Shown in pieces: positions 37,186 to 46,618 of a DNA stretch of 64,000 nt; position 1 is the stretch's first letter, and each line of letters opens with the position of its first letter. Both the position numbers and the translations under genes were made by a program. Under the pieces are notes generated by a model, which worked only from the letters and a program-made list of their open reading frames with translations, was not told the origin of the DNA and ran no database searches. This stretch comes from an uncultured Oscillospiraceae bacterium (GTDB taxonomy: Bacteria > Bacillota > Clostridia > Oscillospirales > Acutalibacteraceae): assembly GCA_902490735.1 (NCBI GenBank), contig CABUFC010000002.1, positions 141,089 through 205,088 on the forward strand. The letters run 5' to 3'.

Positions 37186-37971
37186 ATGCAGCTTAAAGAT
37201 AAAAAAGGCTTTATATGCGATATGGACGGTGTTATTTATCATGGTGACCGTCTTTTAGAGGGCGCTAAAGAATTCGTTGAATGGTTAAGAGATTCGAATA
37301 AAAACTTTGTGTTTTTAACGAATTCAAGTGAAAGAAGCCCAAAAGAACTGCGTCAAAAGCTTTTAAGAATGGGCCTTGATGTTGCGGAAGAGCATTTTTA
37401 TACAAGCGCTCTTGCAACAGCCAGCTTTTTAAAATCGCAGTGCCCGGGCGGAAGCGTATTTGCAATAGGCGAGCCGGGGCTTCTAAACGCTTTATACGAT
37501 GCCGGCTTTACCATGAACAACATTAACCCCGATTACGTGGTAATGGGTGAAACCCGAAGCTTAAATTACGATATGATCGAGCACGCCACACTGCTTGTTC
37601 AGCGAGGCGCTAAGCTTATTGGCACAAATCCGGATATTACAGGGCCTACCGAAAACGGCATTGTTCCCGCAACAGGAGCCCTTATATCTCCAATAGAAAT
37701 TGCAACGGGCAAAAAGGCATATTACATAGGAAAGCCCAATCCGCTTATGATGCGTATTGGTCTTAATATGATAAATTGCCAAAGCGGCAGCGAAGCGTGT
37801 ATTGTTGGCGATCGTATGGATACCGACGTAGTATCCGGCATTGAAAGTATGATTGATACAGTGCTGGTGCTTTCAGGTGTTACATCAAAAGCCGATATTG
37901 ATAATTACCCGTATAGACCGAGTTATGTATTAAACAGTGTAGGAGATATATGTAAAGGAGAATGTAAATGA
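37186..37971 (+). CDS. HAD-IIA family sugar-phosphate phosphatase (NagD-like)
   Basis: 261 aa with HAD motif I FICDMDGV, motif II LTNSS and motif IV GDRMDTD. Confidence 0.85.
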   Translation: MQLKDKKGFICDMDGVIYHGDRLLEGAKEFVEWLRDSNKNFVFLTNSSERSPKELRQKLLRMGLDVAEEHFYTSALATASFLKSQCPGGSVFAIGEPGLLNALYDAGFTMNNINPDYVVMGETRSLNYDMIEHATLLVQRGAKLIGTNPDITGPTENGIVPATGALISPIEIATGKKAYYIGKPNPLMMRIGLNMINCQSGSEACIVGDRMDTDVVSGIESMIDTVLVLSGVTSKADIDNYPYRPSYVLNSVGDICKGECK

Positions 37972-38774
37972 GCGAATGCACACATGATTGTTCAAGCTGT
38001 ACCGAAAACTGCGAAAGCAGAGATTTAAAGGAAAGCTGTAACGAATTTTCTTCTATTAAAAAGGTAATCGGCGTTGTTAGCGGAAAAGGCGGCGTCGGCA
38101 AAAGCCTTGTAAGCGCTCTTGCTGCTGTAACAAGTAGCAGGCTAGGGTTTAAAACCGCTATTTTAGATGCCGATATTACAGGGCCTTCAATTCCTAAAAT
38201 GTTTAATCTTCACGGCAACGCAGACGCTGAAGAAAACGGTATTATTCCAATGCAAACTTCTACCGGAATAAAGGTTATGAGTTTAAATCTTTTAATTAAA
38301 GAAGAAACCGATCCGGTTTGCTGGCGCGGTCCCGTTATTGCAGGCACTGTAAAACAGTTTTGGACCGATGTTATTTGGGGCGACGTGGACTATATGTTTG
38401 TAGATATGCCTCCGGGAACCGGCGATGTATCATTAACCGTATTTCAAAGTCTTCCCTTAGACGGAATTATTGTAGTTACAAGCCCGCAGGAATTGGTTTC
38501 TATGATCGTTGAAAAAGCGGTTAATATGGCAAAGCTTATGAACATTCCAATACTCGGCGTTGTTGAAAATATGAGTTACGCTATATGCCCCGACTGCGGC
38601 AAAAAAATAGAAATTTACGGCAAAAGCCGCATAGAAGAAATTGCAAAACAACATGGATTTTCGGTGCTTGGTCGCATTCCTATTGATCCAAAGCTTGCCG
38701 CAGCCGCCGATAAAGGCATGATAGAGCTTTTTGAAGGCGATTATATTAAGCCGATTGAAGAAATCTTAAAATAA
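37968..38774 (+). CDS. Mrp/NBP35-family Fe-S cluster carrier ATPase
   Basis: 268 aa with deviant Walker A SGKGGVGKS, a Cys-rich N-terminus and a CPDCG motif. Confidence 0.9.
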   Translation: MSECTHDCSSCTENCESRDLKESCNEFSSIKKVIGVVSGKGGVGKSLVSALAAVTSSRLGFKTAILDADITGPSIPKMFNLHGNADAEENGIIPMQTSTGIKVMSLNLLIKEETDPVCWRGPVIAGTVKQFWTDVIWGDVDYMFVDMPPGTGDVSLTVFQSLPLDGIIVVTSPQELVSMIVEKAVNMAKLMNIPILGVVENMSYAICPDCGKKIEIYGKSRIEEIAKQHGFSVLGRIPIDPKLAAAADKGMIELFEGDYIKPIEEILK

Positions 38775-38799
38775 AAAGCAGGAATTAATCCTGCTTTTT
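38773..38799. terminator. bidirectional terminator between mrp-like gene and rnfB
   Basis: Stem AAAAGCAGG / CCTGCTTTT around an AT loop. Confidence 0.65.
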
Positions 38800-39574
38800 A
38801 TTTTATGGTTTTTTGCGGACAAACCGAAATGCATTTTCCGCAAGCGGTACATTTTACGGGGTCAATAATTGCCAAATTGTCGCTTAAAGTTATGGCGTCG
38901 TTCGGGCAGTTCTTTTTGCAAAGACCACATCCTATGCAAGAAACCGAACAAAGTTTTCTTGCAATTGCACCTTTATCTTTGTTAAGACACATAACAGTTG
39001 CTTTAATAGGAAGATCAAAAACTTTAATAATATGTTTTGGACAGATATTTACGCATTTGCCGCAGCCAATACATAGCGAATGATCTATATGTGCTATTCC
39101 GTCAGTTATTGTAATGGCATTATAGTCGCATACTAAAGCACAGTCTCCAAAGCCCATACATCCAAAGTTGCAAGCCTTAGGGCCACCTTGAACTAATGCG
39201 GCAGCCGCACACGAAGGCTTTCCGCTGTGCTCGTATTTTGTTTGCGCTTTATCGCAGGTTCCATTACAAAGTACAACCGCGCGTTTTTCCTTCACTTCAA
39301 CTGCTACGCCCAAAATTTCACCGATTTTTGCAGCTGTATCTTTGCCGCCGGGGATACAAAGCGAAGGCTTAGAAGAACCGTCTGAAACGGCTTTTGCATA
39401 ACTGTCACACCCGGCAAAACCGCAGGCACCGCAGTTGGCACCGGGTAAAGCTTCTCTTATTGATGCTTCTTTTTCGTCTGTTTTTACAGCAAAAATTTTT
39501 GAAGCAAGGCTTAGAAGAAAGCCAAGTAATAAAGCAGCTCCGCCTAAAACAGAAACGGCAATTAATATTTCCAT
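38798..39574 (-). CDS. rnfB: Rnf complex subunit B
   Basis: 258 aa. N-terminal TM helix, CGACGFAGC Fe-S motif and several CxxCxxCxxxCP ferredoxin motifs. Last gene of the rnfCDGEAB cluster. Confidence 0.9.
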   Translation of the reverse strand: MEILIAVSVLGGAALLLGFLLSLASKIFAVKTDEKEASIREALPGANCGACGFAGCDSYAKAVSDGSSKPSLCIPGGKDTAAKIGEILGVAVEVKEKRAVVLCNGTCDKAQTKYEHSGKPSCAAAALVQGGPKACNFGCMGFGDCALVCDYNAITITDGIAHIDHSLCIGCGKCVNICPKHIIKVFDLPIKATVMCLNKDKGAIARKLCSVSCIGCGLCKKNCPNDAITLSDNLAIIDPVKCTACGKCISVCPQKTIK

Positions 39575-39585
39575 GGCTGTTCCTC

Positions 39586-40179
39586 CTATTTTATAAGATT
39601 ATCTACTACGCCGGCAAAGCCTAAAAACGACAGACTTACAATGCTTGCCGAAATAAGCGTTATAGGAAGTCCCTTTAAAAATTCGGGGATATCCGATTTT
39701 TCTATTCTGCCGCGTATGCCGGCAAAAATAATCATTGCAAGCATAAATCCAAGACCTGCTCCAAGTGCATTTGCAAGCGATTGGACAAAATTAAGATTAT
39801 CCGTAAAATTAAGCAATGTAATGCCAAGAACCGCACAGTTGGTGGTTATAAGCGGAAGGTAAATGCCGAGCGCGTTGTATATAGGCGGCAAGAATCTTTT
39901 AAGCACAATTTCAATCAGCTGTACAAGTGCCGCGATTACTAAAATAAAAGCGATTGTTTGTAAATAATCCAAATCATTAGGCAGTAATATGTATACATAA
40001 AACGGCCAGGTTACGGCGGTTGCAATTATCATAACAAGTGTTACCGCAACGCTCATTGCAAAGGCGGTGTTAAGTTTTTTTGAAACGCCTAAAAATGGGC
40101 AGATCCCCAAAAATTTTGAAAGCACCATATTGTCGGTTAAAATACCGGCAAGAATTATAGCGACTATAGATTTAATCAT
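39586..40179 (-). CDS. rnfA: Rnf complex subunit A
   Basis: 197 aa polytopic membrane protein of the RnfA/NqrE family (FLGICPFLGVS). Confidence 0.93.
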   Translation of the reverse strand: MIKSIVAIILAGILTDNMVLSKFLGICPFLGVSKKLNTAFAMSVAVTLVMIIATAVTWPFYVYILLPNDLDYLQTIAFILVIAALVQLIEIVLKRFLPPIYNALGIYLPLITTNCAVLGITLLNFTDNLNFVQSLANALGAGLGFMLAMIIFAGIRGRIEKSDIPEFLKGLPITLISASIVSLSFLGFAGVVDNLIK

Positions 40180-40846
40180 TTACGGTGCCTCCTTCACACA
40201 GGGCACAACCTTCACAAGTCCCGTTGCAGCCGGCCTCTTCTTTAATGCTTTTGCCTTTTTTCTTAGCAAGAGCATTGGACGCCGCTACCAATATACCGAA
40301 TACAAAAAAGCCTCCCGGCGGTAAAATAAGAATAATCATCGGCGGCAAAAATCCTGAAGTTACGGGAAGACCAAAAATTGTGCCGGCCCCTATAAGCTCG
40401 CGTATTGCGCCCATTAAGGTTAAGGTTACCGTAAAACCTATTCCCATGCCAAGCCCGTCAAGCGCGGAGGCAAGCGGCGGGTTTTTAGCCGCAAACATTT
40501 CGGCTCTTGCTAAAATTATACAGTTTACAACTATAAGCGGCAGGTAAATACCAAGCGCTTCATCAATTGACGGCAAATAAGCTTTAACCACCATTTGCAC
40601 AACCGTAACAAAGCTTGCAATTATTGTTATGTATGCCGGAATTCTAACCTTTGAAGGAATGATATTTCTTAAAATCGATACCATAATTCCGGAACAAACG
40701 AGTACAAAAGTCGCCGCAAGCCCCATGCCGATGCCGTTTATCGCCGCTGTGGAAATGGCTAAGGTTGGGCAGGTGCCAAGAACAAGTCTTAATACGGGAT
40801 TTTCATTTAAAATTCCGTTTGTGAGTGTTTTTACATATTTACTCAT
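40172..40846 (-). CDS. rnfE: Rnf complex subunit E
   Basis: 224 aa, RnfE/NqrD family (NPVLRLVLGTCPTLA). Confidence 0.93.
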   Translation of the reverse strand: MSKYVKTLTNGILNENPVLRLVLGTCPTLAISTAAINGIGMGLAATFVLVCSGIMVSILRNIIPSKVRIPAYITIIASFVTVVQMVVKAYLPSIDEALGIYLPLIVVNCIILARAEMFAAKNPPLASALDGLGMGIGFTVTLTLMGAIRELIGAGTIFGLPVTSGFLPPMIILILPPGGFFVFGILVAASNALAKKKGKSIKEEAGCNGTCEGCALCEGGTVND

Positions 40847-41361
40847 TTTCTTGACACCTCCTCGTATTTACTGAAAGCGCTTTCAACTGCACGCTTTATT
40901 GCGTTGGAAGTAATTGTAGCGCCCGTTTTAATTTTTGGAATAGTATCGGTACTGCTAAGACCTGCAAGGCTTTTTGTATAGCTTTCTTTTTTGGCGTCTT
41001 GACCAAGCCCCGGAGTTTCGCCCGATACATCAATAATTTCAACGGCGGTTATTTTGTCATCCGCTATACCGATAATTACCGAAACCTTATCACCGTAACC
41101 GTTTTGTGTTGCCTTAAAAGCGTAACCTACCGTCTCGCCGCTTTTGGTTGCTTTATATGTAATAAGGTTTTCCTCTTCTAAAACTGCTTCAAACTGTGCG
41201 CCCTTAATAACGCTGTTTAAAGCCGCAGCCTCTTTTGCAGCCTCTTTTTCGGCAATAGTGTCACGTGTAAGCAAGTTGGTGCCTGCAAGTATGGCGGTTA
41301 AAACCGCACAAAGCACACAAAGTATAATTGCAGGTAATATTACCGTTTTTATGTTCTTCAT
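40843..41361 (-). CDS. rnfG: Rnf complex subunit G (FMN-binding)
   Basis: 172 aa with an N-terminal TM helix and a C-terminal FMN attachment-type motif (TGATITSNA). Confidence 0.85.
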   Translation of the reverse strand: MKNIKTVILPAIILCVLCAVLTAILAGTNLLTRDTIAEKEAAKEAAALNSVIKGAQFEAVLEEENLITYKATKSGETVGYAFKATQNGYGDKVSVIIGIADDKITAVEIIDVSGETPGLGQDAKKESYTKSLAGLSSTDTIPKIKTGATITSNAIKRAVESAFSKYEEVSRK

Positions 41362-42284
41362 CCTTGCGCCTCCGTATACCCGAATGGTTTAGCCCCCGGA
41401 ATGCGGTCAATAAGCGGTGTTAAAAGATTCATAATTAGCACACCAAACGATACGCCCTCAGGCAGGTTGCCATAGGTCCTTATAAGTACCGTTAGTACGC
41501 CGCAACCTATGCCGAAGATAATTTTTCCAACCGTTCTTTTTGGGCTTGTTACATAATCTGTTGCCATAAATACGGCCGCAAGCATTATTCCGCCTGAGCA
41601 AACAGCAGATAACGATCCTACAAAATTGCCTGTTAATAAAAATGTAAATAAAAATGCGGAGCCGCAAAAAGATAGGGGAATTGTAATAGAAATTACTCTT
41701 CTTAAAACTAAATACAGTCCGCCGAATAAAATAAGAAGTGTAGATGTTTCACCGATACAGCCGGGATAATTACCTAAAAACAGGCGCAAAATTCCGTATT
41801 CGCCAGTAGTGCCGCTTCCAAGAGGAGTGGCGCTTGAAATAATTTCACCGCCGGTAAATACCTTAATAAAATTAGTCATTTGAGATGGGAAGGATACCAT
41901 AAGCACAATGCGCGCCGCAATGGCAGGATTTGCGAAATTATGGCCAAGTCCACCGAACATCTGCTTTATAACTACTATTGCAACAATAGAACCAAGCGCT
42001 GCAATCCACAGCGGAATTGTAGGCGGAAGATTGTATGCAAGCAATAAGCCTGTAACCACAGCGGATAAATCACGTAAAGTGGTTTCTTTTTTTAATGCTT
42101 TGCACCACAAATACTCGGCCGCAACAGCAGAAGCAATACACACGGCAATAATAAGCGCTGTGTAATAGCCGTACATTACAATTCCAAAAATTCCAAGCGG
42201 TATTAAAGCAATAATGACATCGAGCATTATTCCGCTGGTAGAATCTAAGCTTCTAATGTGCGGAGATGAAGAAACCTTAAGCAT
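41358..42284 (-). CDS. rnfD: Rnf complex subunit D
   Basis: RnfD/NqrB family membrane protein. Start taken at MLKVSSSPH (ATG 42284), which overlaps the rnfC stop; the track ORF extends 12 codons further. Confidence 0.9.
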   Translation of the reverse strand: MLKVSSSPHIRSLDSTSGIMLDVIIALIPLGIFGIVMYGYYTALIIAVCIASAVAAEYLWCKALKKETTLRDLSAVVTGLLLAYNLPPTIPLWIAALGSIVAIVVIKQMFGGLGHNFANPAIAARIVLMVSFPSQMTNFIKVFTGGEIISSATPLGSGTTGEYGILRLFLGNYPGCIGETSTLLILFGGLYLVLRRVISITIPLSFCGSAFLFTFLLTGNFVGSLSAVCSGGIMLAAVFMATDYVTSPKRTVGKIIFGIGCGVLTVLIRTYGNLPEGVSFGVLIMNLLTPLIDRIPGAKPFGYTEAQG

Positions 42285-43617
42285 TTTTTGCACCTGCTTT
42301 CTTAATTTCCAGCTTTGCAAGGCGCATGGCCTCTACAAGGGAACGCTTAGCCGGACACGCATAAGCACAGCTTCCGCATTCAATGCAGTATTCGGCAAAG
42401 AGCGATTTGTATTTTTCGGCGCCTTCATTAAAGTCAATTGCCGATTCAACTGCCCTTGGAGCTAATCCCATCGGGCATGCCGCAAGGCACTTGCCGCAGT
42501 TTATGCAATTTGTCGGCGTAAAACCGTTGGCTTTTTTACCGGAAAAAGCAAGTATAGCATTGTTTTGTTTTAGCAACGGAATGCTTGTATCTGTAATGGC
42601 AACACCCATCATAGGGCCGCCCATAATTAGTTTTTCGGGTGCTTCGGCTTCGCAGAAATCTAAAATCTCTTGAATTTTAGTGCCTATTGGAACAATAAAG
42701 TTACCCGGCTTTTTTACTGCGTTTCCAGCTACGGTTATTCGTTTTGACACAAGTGGCATACCGGTTTTTATGTATCTTGCCAAAACCGCCACACTGGTAA
42801 CGTTCATTACTATACAGCCAACGTCGGCCGGCAATTTTCCAATGGGCACCTTCCGGCCTGTTACAGTATAAATTAAAACCTTTTCGGCGCCCTGCGGATA
42901 ATGGGATTTTAGCTTCATAAGCTTTACTTCGTCGTTAATGTCTCTTTTATCCGCCGCAATGTCGTAAAGTATCTTAATGGCTTTTGGTTTGTTGCTTTCA
43001 ACAGCAATTATAACGCGCTTTAATTTTAAAATATCTTTAATTAAATATATTCCGAATAAAATATCTTCCGGGCTTTCTAGGCATTCCCTGTAATCGGATG
43101 TTATGTACGGCTCGCATTCCGCGGCATTAATAATTAAAGTGTCTATAGGGCGGTTTTTGTCCGCTCTTAGTTTTATGTGCGTCGGAAAACCTGCACCACC
43201 AAGACCTACAAGCCCCGATTCTCTTGCCGCAGTGTAAAGATCCTCTTCGCTTTTTATGTCGTGTGCTGAAAGAGAAGGATCAACGGTTTTTAAATGATCA
43301 TTTTCAATTACTATAGCCTCACCAAAACCACCGGTAGCGGTTTTGATTTGTACAATATCTTTAACCGTTCCCGATACGCCCGAATGAATAGGCGCGCTTA
43401 CAAAAGCTTCGCTATCCGCCACTTTTGTGCCTACAAACACACGGTCTTTCTTATTAACAACAGGTGTGCAGGGAGCCCCAATGTGTTGCTGCATTGGTAT
43501 TACTATTTCGTCGGGCTCAGGAAATATAACGGTATCGATTTCCGCAGTGCCTTTTTCGTGCGGAAGATTTGCGCCGCCCCTTAAATTTTTAAAAGGTTTC
43601 AAAATTCCCTCTTTCAT
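42277..43617 (-). CDS. rnfC: Rnf complex subunit C
   Basis: ~446 aa with an NADH-binding GLVGLGGAGFPT motif and two C-terminal 4Fe-4S motifs. The ATG at 43617 follows AAAGGTGA. Confidence 0.92.
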   Translation of the reverse strand: MKEGILKPFKNLRGGANLPHEKGTAEIDTVIFPEPDEIVIPMQQHIGAPCTPVVNKKDRVFVGTKVADSEAFVSAPIHSGVSGTVKDIVQIKTATGGFGEAIVIENDHLKTVDPSLSAHDIKSEEDLYTAARESGLVGLGGAGFPTHIKLRADKNRPIDTLIINAAECEPYITSDYRECLESPEDILFGIYLIKDILKLKRVIIAVESNKPKAIKILYDIAADKRDINDEVKLMKLKSHYPQGAEKVLIYTVTGRKVPIGKLPADVGCIVMNVTSVAVLARYIKTGMPLVSKRITVAGNAVKKPGNFIVPIGTKIQEILDFCEAEAPEKLIMGGPMMGVAITDTSIPLLKQNNAILAFSGKKANGFTPTNCINCGKCLAACPMGLAPRAVESAIDFNEGAEKYKSLFAEYCIECGSCAYACPAKRSLVEAMRLAKLEIKKAGAKNA

Positions 43618-43629
43618 TAAAATCACCTT

Positions 43630-45039
43630 TTAATTGTTATTTTCGGCTAGACGGCGTCCCATTAAAACGCCCATTGCAGATGCCATCATTAGCCCTCTTG
43701 TCCAGCCGGAAGAATCTCCTAAACAGTATAAACCCTTAATGTTGGTTGTAAAATCTGCGTCCATTTTAACTCTGTTAGAGTAAAATTTAAGCTCCGGCGA
43801 ATAAAGCAGGGTTTCGCTTGAAGCAAAGCCGGGGACTACCACATCCATAGCTTTAATAAAATTGATTATGTTGGTCATTGCGCGGTAGGGCATAGCCGCA
43901 GTAATATCACCTGCAACAGCGTCAGGAAGGGTGGGCTTAACGTTTGATTCCGAAAGTTCCTTATCCCAAGTGCGTTTTCCATCTAAAATATCGCCGTATC
44001 TTTGTACTAAAATGTGATTGTTAGCAAGCATGTTTGTAAGTTCGCCTATTTTTTGAGCATACTCTATCGGTTGATTAAAAGGATATGTAAAGTTATGAGA
44101 ACAGAGAATGGCGAGATTTGTGTTGTTGCTCTTTAAATCCTTGTACGAATGTCCGTTAACAACCGCCAAATCATTGTCGTAATTCTCTTGGCTTACAAAA
44201 CCGCCCGGATTTTGGCAAAACGTGCGCACCTTGTTTTTAAACGGAAGCGGATGCCCAATAAGCTTTGATTCATAAAGGACATCGTTGATTTCTTCCATAA
44301 TTTCATTACGCACTTCAACACGAACTCCGATATCAACCGTTCCCGGTGTGTGCATAATTGCGTGTTTTTCGCATTCTTTTTCAAGCCAGTCCGCACCTTT
44401 GCGGCCGGTTGCAACTATTATATCGTCTGCAAAAATCTCGGTTGCGTTTGCGTTGTTTGCCGAGTCTGCAATAATAGCGCCGATGCAGCGGTCATCTTCA
44501 ATTATTATGTCCGTGCAGTTTTTCTTAAACAGTATTTCAACGCCGTTATCAATTAAATATTGTTGTAAGTCAGCATAAATTTTTTGTGCCTTTTCAGTAC
44601 CTAAATGGCGTATGGGACAATCCACCAGCTTTAAGCCTGCACTTATTGCTCTTTTGCGGATTTCTTTAACTTTTTCCGGATTTGAAATGCCTTCTATATG
44701 AGTATCCGCGCCGAATTCAAGATAAATTTTGTCGGCATAGTCTATGGTTTCCTGAATTTTTTCTGCTCCTACAAGATCGGGCAGATTGCCGCCGACTTCA
44801 TAGCTTAAAGAAAGCTTTCCGTCCGAAAACGCACCTGCACCCGAAAAACCTGTCGTTATGTGGCAATAAGGCTTGCAGTTCATGCAAACCTTCGTTTTTG
44901 CTTTTGGGCATGATCTATCATTAATGCTGACGCCCTTTTCAATCATCAATATTTTTTTATTAGAGCCTTGGCGAATAAGTTCAACAGCCGTAAAAATTCC
45001 GGCAGGGCCGGCGCCGATAATTAGACAATCGTATTTCAT
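43630..45039 (-). CDS. FAD-dependent oxidoreductase (COG2509-type flavoprotein)
   Basis: 469 aa with an N-terminal GAGPAG dinucleotide-binding motif and a Cys cluster CPKAKTKVCMNCKPYC. It lies 3 nt upstream of the GTG/RBS region of rnfC on the same strand. Confidence 0.8.
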   Translation of the reverse strand: MKYDCLIIGAGPAGIFTAVELIRQGSNKKILMIEKGVSINDRSCPKAKTKVCMNCKPYCHITTGFSGAGAFSDGKLSLSYEVGGNLPDLVGAEKIQETIDYADKIYLEFGADTHIEGISNPEKVKEIRKRAISAGLKLVDCPIRHLGTEKAQKIYADLQQYLIDNGVEILFKKNCTDIIIEDDRCIGAIIADSANNANATEIFADDIIVATGRKGADWLEKECEKHAIMHTPGTVDIGVRVEVRNEIMEEINDVLYESKLIGHPLPFKNKVRTFCQNPGGFVSQENYDNDLAVVNGHSYKDLKSNNTNLAILCSHNFTYPFNQPIEYAQKIGELTNMLANNHILVQRYGDILDGKRTWDKELSESNVKPTLPDAVAGDITAAMPYRAMTNIINFIKAMDVVVPGFASSETLLYSPELKFYSNRVKMDADFTTNIKGLYCLGDSSGWTRGLMMASAMGVLMGRRLAENNN

Positions 45040-45041
45040 AA

Positions 45042-45278
45042 TTATTCTTCCGTATAAATAAATTCTTTGATTTCATTTTCCAGTTGATCGTCGCCCTCGT
45101 TGTGGGCTATTAACGATACTGGCTTTGTAAGATCTAAGCTGAAAATGCCCATTATGCTTTTTGCATTTACTACATATTTGCCGGATACAAGATCCATCTC
45201 ATAATCTTTAAGCATAGCAAGATTTACAAATTTTTTAACGTCTTCTAAAGTTTTAAAAAAAAGATTTGCTTTTAACAT
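45042..45278 (-). CDS. HPr-like protein lacking the His15 phosphorylation block
   Basis: 78 aa. VVNAKSIMGIFSL matches the HPr Ser46 region (VNLKSIMGVMSL in B. subtilis HPr), but no GxHARPA-type segment is present. Confidence 0.7.
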   Translation of the reverse strand: MLKANLFFKTLEDVKKFVNLAMLKDYEMDLVSGKYVVNAKSIMGIFSLDLTKPVSLIAHNEGDDQLENEIKEFIYTEE

Positions 45279-45327
45279 TTTTTTGCCCTTTCAAATAAGA
45301 ATTGACTGTATTTTGTCATACTCAATT

Positions 45328-45356
45328 ATTATACACTATAAGCTATTGATTTGCAA
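45328..45356 (-). promoter_or_regulatory. sigma-A promoter for the HPr-like / flavoprotein / rnf operon
   Basis: Minus strand reads TTGCAA, 17 nt, TATAAT, ~50 nt upstream of the 45278 start. Confidence 0.6.
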
Positions 45357-45471
45357 TATTAACATACATTATAATAGCGCAATATTTTGCACAAAAAAAG
45401 CATGTTTTTTTCGGTGCTTTTAACAAGAAATTTATTCTTAATTTGTTCATAATCGTGTGTTATAATAACCT

Positions 45472-45612
45472 AAACTCGGCGGCGGAGAACCACCGCCGAA
45501 ATGCTAACGCATTTAAAGTTTGGGCTTTGTTTTAAAACATTGAACCATTAAAACCGCCGTGCGCAGCACGGCATGCGGCTAAGCCGCTTATAAAAGCTAC
45601 CGCTTTTGGTTT
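45472..45612 (+). ncRNA. candidate structured RNA or 5' leader upstream of moxR (class unknown, strand uncertain)
   Basis: A GC-rich patch in AT-rich spacer holds five or six local hairpins: TCGGCGG/CCGCCGA 45476-45499, AAATGC/GCATTT 45499-45514, GCCGTGC/GCACGGC 45556-45572, GCGGC/GCCGC 45575-45587, AAAAGC/GCTTTT 45592-45607. It is preceded by an extended -10 TGTTATAAT (45458-45466) and followed by a second extended -10 TGGTATAAT (45615-45623). Confidence 0.25.
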
Positions 45613-45653
45613 TATGGTATAATAAAGCAATATTGATTGAAGGGGCATATTGT

Positions 45654-46607
45654 ATGGATAAAGATATTTCAGTTTTGCGCGCGGAAGCGTCAAGTGTTAT
45701 TGAAGAGGTAAAAAAGGTTATTATCGGTAAGGACGAAATAATTAAAAAGGTAATGACTTCAATAATTTCAAGAGGGCATATTCTTCTTGATGATATTCCG
45801 GGTGTCGGAAAAACAACCATGGCGCTTGCTTTTTCGAAAGCCATGGATTTAAAATATAACCGCCTGCAGTTTACGCCGGATGTTTTACCTACAGACGTTA
45901 CGGGCTTTAATGTTTATAATAAAGAAAAAGACGAGTTTACATTTAAACCCGGAGCCGCTTTGTGCAACCTGTTTTTAGCCGACGAAATTAATAGAACGTC
46001 CAGCAAAACCCAGTCGGCACTTTTAGAAGTTATGGAAGAAGGAAAAGTAACAGTAGATGGTGTTACCCGTGAGCTTCCAAAACCCTATATTGTAATTGCA
46101 ACACAAAACCCGATAGGTTCAGTAGGCACACAAATGCTTCCGGAAAGCCAGATGGATAGATTTATGGTTAAGCTTTCTATCGGGTACCCTGACGTTAAAA
46201 GCGAGGCCGCTATACTTTCATCTAAACAGGCAGCAGATCCGCTTAGTACAGTAAAGCGTGTATGCACGGCAGAGGATATTGTTGCTATGCAGAATGCAGC
46301 AGAAAATGTTACGGTTCACCCTGCAATATATGAATATATTGCAAAACTTTCGGATTCTTCGCGCCATCACGAAATGCTCGAGCTTGGCATGAGCCCCCGC
46401 GGAGCAATCGCTACGGCAAGGCTTGCCCGCGCAAATGCATTTTTATCCGGCCGTGATTTTGTAATACCCGACGATGTAGCGGCAGTGTTTTTTGACGCGG
46501 CAGGGCACAGGGTTATTCTCAGCCCTAAAGCCAGGGTTAACGGCGCAACAATAGCAGATGTATTTTTAAGCATTTTAAAAGACACACCCTTACCGCAGAT
46601 TGAGTAA
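45654..46607 (+). CDS. MoxR-family AAA+ ATPase
   Basis: ~317 aa from MDKDISV (GAAGGGG RBS). Walker A GVGKT, Walker B LADEINR, and the MoxR-type ...ATQNP.....G...LPE.Q.DRF block. Confidence 0.9.
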   Translation: MDKDISVLRAEASSVIEEVKKVIIGKDEIIKKVMTSIISRGHILLDDIPGVGKTTMALAFSKAMDLKYNRLQFTPDVLPTDVTGFNVYNKEKDEFTFKPGAALCNLFLADEINRTSSKTQSALLEVMEEGKVTVDGVTRELPKPYIVIATQNPIGSVGTQMLPESQMDRFMVKLSIGYPDVKSEAAILSSKQAADPLSTVKRVCTAEDIVAMQNAAENVTVHPAIYEYIAKLSDSSRHHEMLELGMSPRGAIATARLARANAFLSGRDFVIPDDVAAVFFDAAGHRVILSPKARVNGATIADVFLSILKDTPLPQIE

Positions 46608-46618
46608 AGGAAAAAAAT

